The notes under the pieces: generated by a model
What the model saw: the letters and a program-made list of their open reading frames with translations, nothing else
Told to the model about the DNA's origin: nothing
Databases searched by the model: none
Virus record (IMG/VR): IMGVR_UViG_3300021167_000382
Location: 32,001-96,000 of that record
DNA from: a virus
Lineage: Duplodnaviria; Caudoviricetes
Strand: one strand, 5' to 3'
Length of the DNA stretch: 64,000 bases
In this document: piece by piece, positions 31,232 through 38,868 of the stretch
How the letters are laid out: the number at the start of each line of letters is the position of its first letter
How positions within the stretch are numbered: the stretch's first letter is position 1
Program-made: the position numbers and the translations under genes

Positions 31232-31771
31232 TTACCCCTTAGAAGGCAGCGTCTTGAGAAGTTTCATTGCGTTATAATAACAATCAGGCATGCTCTCAGT
31301 GAGATGGTGCGTGTGAAGGTATTCGATCACTGCATGCTGACATTCAAACACCACCTTGAGGCTACGTTCCTCAGGTTCGACTTTAACCATCACCGCATTC
31401 ACGGTGTCATGAAGCGGGTAAGGGAACTTCTTACTCTCCACGTACTTCAAAGTGATTAACAGATCCCCTGTAACGGGATGAATGATATCAGCCCCATATC
31501 CTTCAAAATCGTAAACCACTACTTGAAGCTGCCTGAGTGAGTTATCGATGTAGTAAATAAACGGCAGTACCTTAACACCTTTCAGTCGTTCAATAGACCC
31601 TTTCGAAAAAGGATACGTGATGACTGCGGTGTCTATCTGAACAGTTTTTGTAATCTTCTCCAGCAACGCTTCGTTGATTTTTGACTCATCGTTAACTGGC
31701 TGCTGAACGGAAATCTGACTGAGGTCAGTCGGTATCTTAAGAATGAAGTTCACGATATACCCTATGATCAA
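31232..31771 (-). CDS. Hypothetical protein
   Basis: 179-aa ORF; start uncertain (possibly GTG near 31753). Confidence 0.6.
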   Translation of the reverse strand: MIIGYIVNFILKIPTDLSQISVQQPVNDESKINEALLEKITKTVQIDTAVITYPFSKGSIERLKGVKVLPFIYYIDNSLRQLQVVVYDFEGYGADIIHPVTGDLLITLKYVESKKFPYPLHDTVNAVMVKVEPEERSLKVVFECQHAVIEYLHTHHLTESMPDCYYNAMKLLKTLPSKG

Positions 31772-31892
31772 AAAAAGAGAGTGGCCGGGAAGGCCACCCT
31801 CAAAAGGTTAAACGCAGAGGTTGGGTATGAGAAGAGGCTGGACCAGACCCGAGAACTCACACCCGAAAGACATTCTCGGGTCGTAGTACCGA

Positions 31893-33731
31893 TTAACGGC
31901 GGAAGTTGAACTGATTGGCGTTGAACGTCATACCCGGACGAGGACCGATCATACCTGCATTGTTCATGTAGGACTGAGTGGTCTGAACCAACGCGCCGCT
32001 GATGTGATCCGGCGCCGGCGTACCGGTACGGAGTGCATCGATAGACAGCGGGGTATTGATCAGGGTGTTGAGGTGCATTGCCTGGAGTGCCTGGGACAGT
32101 GCGGTGATGGTTTCGGCCGAGAAGGTACAACGCATGGCGTAACCGGTGATCTTGCACTGTTCCTTCAGCACGTGACTGATGATGCCTTCACGCTTGGCCA
32201 GATTGGTGATCGGGCCAGAGTTCGGGCGAGGAACGAAGGTGTCGTTGTAGACGTGAATGTTTTCCGGGTTGTTCTTGAAAGCATTGCAGATGAAGGTCAG
32301 ATCCACATCGCGAATGTCGCGCTTCTGCTTGTCAGCAGCGATGTAGTAACCGAGCGGCACACGCGTGGCGTTCGAGAACAGGGAGGCATTGGCCTGGAAG
32401 AACTTGCTGAAGTTACCGGCGGTCAGCTCATCGAAAGCTTCCTTGACGGCAGCGATCGCGTTGGCATCGTTCATGGCAGCGGCAGCAAAGACATTCAAGT
32501 ACCAGGATTGCGGGGTGCTTTCCGGGCAGTCGATCGAGACCACGGTACCAGGACGGAACAGCTTGCCGATGAACTGGTTGAACTTGCCCAGGTCATTGGC
32601 CATTTCAGCGGTATCAACCACGGAACCCCACGGACCATTGGCCGTTTCGTTACCGACGTTGCAGATGGTGTTCAGAGCACCGATTTCAGTCATGTCATTC
32701 GAAGCGCTGAAGGATTTCGGAATCAGCGACTGCACCCAGTTGTTGTTGTCGGCAACCAGGAGAACGGACGACAGGGCCAGAGCGACGGCGGACGGCGATT
32801 GAGCGAACGGGGTATGGACACCAGTGATAACGTATTCAGCAACCAGCTTGCCAACAGGGATCTGCTGCTGCGGATTGATGTAACCGAAACCAGCGATACC
32901 TTGATTGGCCGGCGCCCAGATCGGATTCACGAAACCAGAGACATCACAGATCTTGACAGTATCGCTAGCGGCATTGACCACGGACAGATCACCAACAGTG
33001 CGACCCTTCTTGCGAGCTGAGATGGAAACCGAGATCGACGAACGCTGCGGATTGCCGACGGCATCGTAGTTGCAGCCGCTACCAGTGGTCATGTCCAGAA
33101 CCATCATGGTGTCACGGGAGATGGTATCCAGGCTAACCGGCACAGCGCGGTTCAGTACGACTTGCAGGCAAGAAGCACCAGCCACAGCGGCATTGCGAAC
33201 GACGGCGGTCACGTGATCGAGATTGACGGCATCGATAGAAGTCGGCACCACGGTGGCAGCAACGCTGTAGACGGCCATGTTCGGGAAGGTTTCCTGAACG
33301 GCGCGTTCACAGAGTTCAGCCAGGGCAGTATCGTTGGCATCGCCGGTCACCAAATTGATACGAACTTGCTGGTTGTCGATGGAACGCATTTCCGGCTTGA
33401 GTTCTTCACCGGTGGATTCCAGGAGCAGCGTATGGTAGGCGACGACGTCCGGCTGATCTTCCAGTTGGAAGGCCAGGACCATGGCAGAGAAACGCAGGTT
33501 ATCGTATTCCTGACGGGACAGCGGGATGATAGTCATGGACAGGCCACGGAGCAGATCGGAAGCGATCTTGGTCACGGACTCACGGAAGCGAGTGAAGTAC
33601 TCACCACCAACGCCTTGAGCAACCAGGCCGCCGGACAGGCCGCGGAGCGTCGTGAAGAAATCACCACCGATGATTTGCTCGCCTTGGGCGAAGTTCGGCT
33701 TTTGGGATTCGTTTTGGTTCTGAATCGTCAT
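31893..33731 (-). CDS. chmA: Chimallin, major phage nuclear shell protein
   Basis: 612 aa; 'LRFSAMVL...VAYHTLLLESTG...IDNQQVRI..TGDAND', 'VPLGYY....KRDIRDVD', 'ITGYAMRCTF' match chimallin motifs; strong codon bias; near gp52/53-like genes and the DNA polymerase gene. Confidence 0.85.
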   Translation of the reverse strand: MTIQNQNESQKPNFAQGEQIIGGDFFTTLRGLSGGLVAQGVGGEYFTRFRESVTKIASDLLRGLSMTIIPLSRQEYDNLRFSAMVLAFQLEDQPDVVAYHTLLLESTGEELKPEMRSIDNQQVRINLVTGDANDTALAELCERAVQETFPNMAVYSVAATVVPTSIDAVNLDHVTAVVRNAAVAGASCLQVVLNRAVPVSLDTISRDTMMVLDMTTGSGCNYDAVGNPQRSSISVSISARKKGRTVGDLSVVNAASDTVKICDVSGFVNPIWAPANQGIAGFGYINPQQQIPVGKLVAEYVITGVHTPFAQSPSAVALALSSVLLVADNNNWVQSLIPKSFSASNDMTEIGALNTICNVGNETANGPWGSVVDTAEMANDLGKFNQFIGKLFRPGTVVSIDCPESTPQSWYLNVFAAAAMNDANAIAAVKEAFDELTAGNFSKFFQANASLFSNATRVPLGYYIAADKQKRDIRDVDLTFICNAFKNNPENIHVYNDTFVPRPNSGPITNLAKREGIISHVLKEQCKITGYAMRCTFSAETITALSQALQAMHLNTLINTPLSIDALRTGTPAPDHISGALVQTTQSYMNNAGMIGPRPGMTFNANQFNFRR

Positions 33732-33847
33732 TTCGAAATACCTCTTATTTTACAGTGCGTCTGTGCACAGAACACGCTGTTTTGTTTAGGAAGGATGGTG
33801 TCCTAAACTAACACCTGCAGGAGTTTTTGTCCAGCTCCTCACCTAAG

Positions 33848-33856
33848 ATATACATG
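33848..33856 (-). promoter_or_regulatory. Early promoter core (CATGTATAT) upstream of chimallin
   Basis: Shared core of the repeated motif. Confidence 0.55.
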
Positions 33857-34052
33857 GCTCAGCATACCTTAGAAACAGGATTGGGTGTCTACCCCTGGAA
33901 CAGCTGAAAAGGGATTGTAACGGGTGTCGATAAAACCCTTCGGGAGATGATCTCACCGAAGTGTGACCTCTCTACTACATTATCAATTCTCCAAGATAAA
34001 AAATATATCATCACCAGGTTCCGGAATTGAATGACTCCCGTAAGGATTAATC

Positions 34053-35129
34053 ATGTATGATCTTTTCTCTAAACCAAGGCGTGTTTATTCTGGACTTCTA
34101 TCTGACTTTGTCCTGAAGAACGTTGAGGCTCGAACACTTGAAGATGTTAACAGGGTCATCGAATACCATCGGTATGGTAGTTTTTTTGTACCTAATACCC
34201 ACCTCTTGGTTCGACTGATCAACACGGTCTCAACGCCGCTTGCGTATGAGCTGAACCATTACTACGAAGTAACGATAGCTCGGTCGCTGTATGCGGCTAA
34301 TGCTTTGAAGCTGATATCCAGTATCAACTATGGTCAATGGCATGTAGGAGAGTTCTATTTTAACTGTCCTGAGCTAATCATCGCTTACAATGGCAGCGAT
34401 AGCCCACAAGAACTTGCTAGAGGCTGGATGGACCTTCAACCGGTTCGCGTATTGGAATGTCCTGTGTCCAATATGAACTACCTTCTTCCGAATGGTGTCA
34501 ATCATTCTAGTGAACGCGGCTTGGTGGTGATTGCGATTGATCTACCGATGCTGATGATTCAGTACCGATGCTTCATGGAACAACAGTCTGCTAAGGCCGC
34601 TAAAGGTCTGGATAACGTCGACACCACCAAACACTTCGTTGCAAAGTATGTACTTCCGAATATGCTGAGGAGTCAGACGGATCTAGCACTCTTCAATCGA
34701 CTCTATAATCTTGAGATGGGTGCGCCGATGGGTATCGCTACCAAACGCCATCCTTTCCATATTTCAGACTACACTGATCAACTTGACAAGAACCTGATGC
34801 TTTTCGCAGATCGAATCCGGAATACAGGACGAGATTATGAGAACTATCTGGAACAACTTCCGCGGTTCTTCAGTGTCAACCCTTTATCAATTCCGGATAT
34901 TCTTGAAACACGTCAGGTCTGGTGGGCTCTGTTCTTAGCTAGAAAACGCCAGATGGAGTTCTTGATTGAGGTCGGTGGTGCTAAAGGTATTCAGATGAAC
35001 CGAGCTGAGCTGAATGTTCTAAAAAGAATAGTGAAGCAGTTCAAATCTGATCGAATCTATGAAAAGGTGCTTCCGGATGGTATGAAGCTAGACATGGATT
35101 ACTTCTTCAAACGTGTTAATGAAATTTAG
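34053..35129 (+). CDS. Conserved Chimalliviridae protein (gp53-like by synteny)
   Basis: 358 aa, AAGGA SD, divergent from chimallin. Confidence 0.7.
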   Translation: MYDLFSKPRRVYSGLLSDFVLKNVEARTLEDVNRVIEYHRYGSFFVPNTHLLVRLINTVSTPLAYELNHYYEVTIARSLYAANALKLISSINYGQWHVGEFYFNCPELIIAYNGSDSPQELARGWMDLQPVRVLECPVSNMNYLLPNGVNHSSERGLVVIAIDLPMLMIQYRCFMEQQSAKAAKGLDNVDTTKHFVAKYVLPNMLRSQTDLALFNRLYNLEMGAPMGIATKRHPFHISDYTDQLDKNLMLFADRIRNTGRDYENYLEQLPRFFSVNPLSIPDILETRQVWWALFLARKRQMEFLIEVGGAKGIQMNRAELNVLKRIVKQFKSDRIYEKVLPDGMKLDMDYFFKRVNEI

Positions 35130-35138
35130 GAGCTCATC

Positions 35139-35960
35139 TTGGATCTGATTACCAAAGCTATCCAGGACGTGAAGTATGCCATTCCAAGAGAAATCTTGAG
35201 AATGGCATACCTTGAAGACCGAGTTGGTCAGTACGTCCCGGCACCTACCAGTCTTGAAAGCGCTATTCGAGATAAAACTATTCTCCCCAGAGTCGTTGTC
35301 GATACCGATATCGTCGGTGGACAAACGATCATTATTGACCTAGGTGGCCTGACACCTAAGATTATTGATGATCATAACTTCATCTTCGAGATCCCTTCGG
35401 AACGAACCGATAACAGAACGATCATCTCTGTACTAGCGGTGAACTATTTCCGTAGTGAGAATATCCCTGCTGGAAACTACAACAATGCCCCTGGAATCTC
35501 TCCGATGGCGGGCAGTGAACTCAGTACGAGCGCACAGCGTGCGATGAATAGCCGTGGTAGCATTCCGTTGGTTTCTACGGCTGAATGTATCGTCGTTGGT
35601 CATAATGTAATCATGATTCGGAATCATCTTCGTACAGCGGCTATGACGCAGTTGCGGTGTCGTGTAGAGAATGATCAGAACTTGGCAAACCTTCCTATCA
35701 CGGTAGCACCGATCTTTTCGAAGCTCTGTACCTTCGCAGTCAAGGCATTTGTTTACAATGAACTGATTGTCAAATTGGACCGAGGTCGTATTGACCGTGG
35801 TCATGAACTAGGTTCGATCAAGAATATCATCGATGGTTACTCTGACTCTGAAGAAAACTATCGTACTTGTCGTGATGAAGAATGGGGTGCTGTGGCGACG
35901 ATGTGCGATACCAACGTCTACCATGATCTTCTTAAGATGTCCATTAATCCTGGCATATAA
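35139..35960 (+). CDS. Conserved Chimalliviridae protein (phiKZ gp52-like)
   Basis: 'AIQDVKYAIPREILRMAY' and 'AVKAFVYNELIV.LDRG.I..G.ELG' motifs; AGGAG SD. Confidence 0.7.
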   Translation: MDLITKAIQDVKYAIPREILRMAYLEDRVGQYVPAPTSLESAIRDKTILPRVVVDTDIVGGQTIIIDLGGLTPKIIDDHNFIFEIPSERTDNRTIISVLAVNYFRSENIPAGNYNNAPGISPMAGSELSTSAQRAMNSRGSIPLVSTAECIVVGHNVIMIRNHLRTAAMTQLRCRVENDQNLANLPITVAPIFSKLCTFAVKAFVYNELIVKLDRGRIDRGHELGSIKNIIDGYSDSEENYRTCRDEEWGAVATMCDTNVYHDLLKMSINPGI

Positions 35961-35967
35961 AGCTAAC

Positions 35968-36001
35968 CACAGACAAGGAGGCAACTGCCTCCTTGTCTGT
36001 G
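35968..36001. terminator. Hairpin between convergent genes, GGAGGCAACTGCCTCC family
   Basis: cacagacaaggaggc-aact-gcctccttgtctgtg. Confidence 0.7.
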
Positions 36002-36021
36002 ACTGATCGTTATGACTTACA

Positions 36022-36339
36022 TTAATCCGGAAACTTACAAAATGGGCTATTTAACCCTGAACGGTTCGTCAGTTCCATGACTTCCGCGCCGTATTCAGGA
36101 TCATCCTTACTGGCAGCTTCCGCATAAGCTTGAATCGCTGGTTTAGCGTATAGATCCTTCAATTTCATTAGCCAGAATTCATCGTCTTCACCCACACGAC
36201 CAAATTCAACGCATTCTGGATTTTTCAAAATCGCATCGGCGACTTCCATCGGTGTTCTTGGTGTTCCTTCTACCTTACGAAGGTTGATAACGATATATTT
36301 ACCAAGTCCTTCATGACTGTTGTTACGATCAAGTTTCAT
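36022..36339 (-). CDS. Small hypothetical protein, paralogue of 36732-37073
   Basis: Shares KYI, DEF, D..A....Y and RSG..S.F.K.PD motifs with 36732-37073. Confidence 0.7.
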   Translation of the reverse strand: MKLDRNNSHEGLGKYIVINLRKVEGTPRTPMEVADAILKNPECVEFGRVGEDDEFWLMKLKDLYAKPAIQAYAEAASKDDPEYGAEVMELTNRSGLNSPFCKFPD

Positions 36340-36365
36340 ACAGACCTTTCTTTGTTAGAGCCGTT

Positions 36366-36722
36366 TTACAGGATCACCTGACGCTTACCGATGGTCGCTA
36401 GGTAGTTACAGACTTGTCGCTTTAATAGAGCTTCTTCAGCGACTGAATAATGGTAACGTAAGATATGAGATCCGTATAAGCGCCATGTGGCTTTTCCAGA
36501 TTCATCGAAGTAGTCCGTAATCTCTTCAACCGTATTGCGGGATGGTTCATAGAACTTAACGAGTTCTGCGAATTCTTCACTCGTCAGTGTTCTAGTAGGG
36601 AAAATAGTTGTTCTGTGGGGATCTGTAGAAGTATCGAAGACCGTTGAGACTTTATCTACTATTTTCAAGTTGTAATACCACGCAAGGTAAACTTCAAGCG
36701 TATGATCGATGATAACGCCCAT
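36366..36722 (-). CDS. Hypothetical protein
   Basis: 118 aa, AGGA SD. Confidence 0.65.
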   Translation of the reverse strand: MGVIIDHTLEVYLAWYYNLKIVDKVSTVFDTSTDPHRTTIFPTRTLTSEEFAELVKFYEPSRNTVEEITDYFDESGKATWRLYGSHILRYHYSVAEEALLKRQVCNYLATIGKRQVIL

Positions 36723-36731
36723 AGTAGTTTC

Positions 36732-37073
36732 CTAATCCGGACGCTTGACGAACTTGCTAAGAAAACCCGATCGTTCAGCTAATGCCTGGACGGCAGTAGC
36801 GAGCTTCTGTTGACCAATTAGCACAGCAGAACGTGCATAGCCGATTAAGGCCTTGTGACTGTTGACATCACGAAGCATCGTTACGAAGAATTCATCTTCT
36901 GATCCAGCTTGATAAAAGATGACAGCTTCAGGGTGCTTCGTAATCAAACGAGTCAGTTCATGCGTATTCTTAGGCACTGGTTCATTGAATGCTTTAAAGA
37001 TCTCTGTCTTGATCAAGATATATTTATCCGGATCAAATTCAGGATCAAGAGTTGTTACTTTGATTTCCATCAT
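36732..37073 (-). CDS. Small hypothetical protein, paralogue of 36022-36339
   Basis: 113 aa, AAAGGA SD. Confidence 0.7.
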   Translation of the reverse strand: MMEIKVTTLDPEFDPDKYILIKTEIFKAFNEPVPKNTHELTRLITKHPEAVIFYQAGSEDEFFVTMLRDVNSHKALIGYARSAVLIGQQKLATAVQALAERSGFLSKFVKRPD

Positions 37074-37155
37074 TATTCCTTTATTGTCCGATTCCCTATT
37101 CAGAGGATCTTCAGTTCAAAAAAGAAAACGCCTTGGGCGCTTTCTTTCGGTTCAG

Positions 37156-37275
37156 CTAGGCAATCGCTGCTAAGATAGCAACAATCATAATGCCGATGGC
37201 CATACCAATTCGGATAGCGCCGGTGTTAACCGGCGCGAGCATCTTAGGCTTACTGGGACTAATAACGTTATACAT
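37156..37275 (-). CDS. 39-aa membrane micro-protein (not in ORF track)
   Basis: AGGAGATT SD; MYNVISPSKPKMLAPVNTGAIRIGMAIGIMIVAILAAIA. Confidence 0.6.
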   Translation of the reverse strand: MYNVISPSKPKMLAPVNTGAIRIGMAIGIMIVAILAAIA

Positions 37276-37285
37276 TTTGAATCTC

Positions 37286-37585
37286 CTAGTGATAAGCGAG
37301 TGCACTTGAGTAATACCGTACCGCGAGTTCTTCATCAGAAAGAGAAGCCAGAAGCTCCTCGGTGATAAGTATTACGATACGGCGGTGACCGTTGACGGTT
37401 ATTTTGTCACAAAGAAAACCACCGAAAGACGTAAGGCTGTCATAGAACATCCAAGACTTCTCGATGACAACCAGATCAATCCCTGTTCTTGGATCAGGCT
37501 GATAAACCTTCCGATGAGGGAATTCCTGAGCACACGTCTTCAAGAAACTAAAACGAAAGGAAGCTTCGGTTTGTGGAGTGGTCAT
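37286..37585 (-). CDS. Hypothetical protein, possibly a truncated zincin N-half
   Basis: Ends 'ILITEELLASLSDEELAVR...' with no HExxH. Confidence 0.55.
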   Translation of the reverse strand: MTTPQTEASFRFSFLKTCAQEFPHRKVYQPDPRTGIDLVVIEKSWMFYDSLTSFGGFLCDKITVNGHRRIVILITEELLASLSDEELAVRYYSSALAYH

Positions 37586-37592
37586 GATGATC

Positions 37593-37685
37593 CTAAACGA
37601 GTAGCCAGATAACTAGCACAGTCAAACCGATAATTACTTCAACTCGGTGAGATTGGCCATTTGAAAAACGGGAATCGAGTTCCAT
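37593..37685 (-). CDS. 30-aa membrane micro-protein (not in ORF track)
   Basis: AGGAGAT SD; MELDSRFSNGQSHRVEVIIGLTVLVIWLLV. Confidence 0.55.
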   Translation of the reverse strand: MELDSRFSNGQSHRVEVIIGLTVLVIWLLV

Positions 37686-37695
37686 AGTGGATCTC

Positions 37696-38313
37696 CTAGT
37701 AGCCTTCGGTATACTTAAGAAGTTCTTGATAACGCAACGTGGATCGGATCTGAGCCATTGTGTCAGCTTCGACCTCTTCTACGCTAGCAGTACTGATGCC
37801 AAGTTGAACAGCGATAACAGCCCGTGCCTTAACTACTGCGTTAAGTGCTGCAAGAACACGATGGTAGCCTACGAAAGAAGCAGCATATGCATCCGCTTCA
37901 ATTTCCATCGCTTCTTCAGACAGGAACTTACATGAAGTCGACTCGAATGTTATGCATTCAGCCAGTCCTTCTAGTGCGGTTTTCACATGGCCATGAACTA
38001 CATGTCCAAGTTCATGCATAAAAATAGCTTCACTGTTTTCTCTGGACAGCAAGTGGTCAATGTCAGTCATGACCGTAACGCTATGACCTACTTTAGCGGT
38101 TTCGATTGCCGCAAGTGCTTGGTCATCGCCAGCATAGATAACTTTGACTGCGTCAAGATGCTCTTGCGTGGTGTATGATGTTGCAAAGCCGCAAGAGTAG
38201 ACCAATGGCAATGCTGCTTTATGGCCGTATAGATCGCTCATTTCCTTAAAGGAAACTAGAGATACCGTGATCTGTTCGCCGGTACTGTTGATTTTGAATT
38301 CGAAATCTTTCAT
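37696..38313 (-). CDS. Zincin metallopeptidase-like protein (M48/ImmA-type)
   Basis: 'FMHELGHVVHGH' plus downstream 'EIEADAYA'. Confidence 0.75.
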   Translation of the reverse strand: MKDFEFKINSTGEQITVSLVSFKEMSDLYGHKAALPLVYSCGFATSYTTQEHLDAVKVIYAGDDQALAAIETAKVGHSVTVMTDIDHLLSRENSEAIFMHELGHVVHGHVKTALEGLAECITFESTSCKFLSEEAMEIEADAYAASFVGYHRVLAALNAVVKARAVIAVQLGISTASVEEVEADTMAQIRSTLRYQELLKYTEGY

Positions 38314-38369
38314 TTTAAATCTCCTAGTAATTCATGGGTGGGATATTAACATATCCAGGGACACTTTAA

Positions 38370-38383
38370 ATATACATGAGTGA
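38370..38383 (-). promoter_or_regulatory. Putative early promoter motif
   Basis: Identical to the 14-mers at 1209 and 54874. Confidence 0.65.
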
Positions 38384-38404
38384 GATTTTTTAGATGCGTA
38401 AGAA

Positions 38405-38434
38405 GAGCCCAGGAGCCAAAAGGCTCCTGGGCTC
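38405..38434 (-). terminator. Hairpin after the DNA polymerase operon
   Basis: gagcccaggagcc-aaaa-ggctcctgggctc. Confidence 0.7.
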
Positions 38435-38642
38435 GATAGTGCTTGGGTGTTGTTATGACTAATGGCAAAGCGAGCAAAGTGGGTGTAAAGACCCTACGTG
38501 GGAAGGAAACGCAGAATTGGGCGTATCGAATTCTTCTCAGGTTAAATGTACATTTTGGTTGTTAAACTGGCAAACTGGTACAACTTCAAGACTTGGGTGT
38601 TGAATGCGGTTAGGTAATTTTGATCTCGGATGAAGACAGCTG

Positions 38643-38855
38643 TCATGTCCGATGGCGGATGTTGAATATCGCTTCATCTCCGCACTCAGTACATCTGAAG
38701 ACGCCTGTCTTAGGAAAACGATCAGGATGCTTCGGATGTACTGTTTGGTTTTGTTCACCCACATGTCTGAGAAATCGATATACGTGAACCAGTCCACGTC
38801 GTTTACAGTTGTGGATAAGGTTCTTTTTTAACTTCTTGGTTGACAGTGGTGTCAT
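38643..38855 (-). CDS. Small putative zinc-ribbon protein
   Basis: ATG 38855 with AAGGA SD; C..H..CTECG pattern. Confidence 0.55.
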   Translation of the reverse strand: MTPLSTKKLKKNLIHNCKRRGLVHVYRFLRHVGEQNQTVHPKHPDRFPKTGVFRCTECGDEAIFNIRHRT

Positions 38856-38868
38856 GTGGGTTTCCTTG

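Noticed and set aside
37217-37236. Palindrome gcgccggtgttaaccggcgc as a terminator
   Set aside because: Lies inside the 39-aa micro-ORF and has no U-tract
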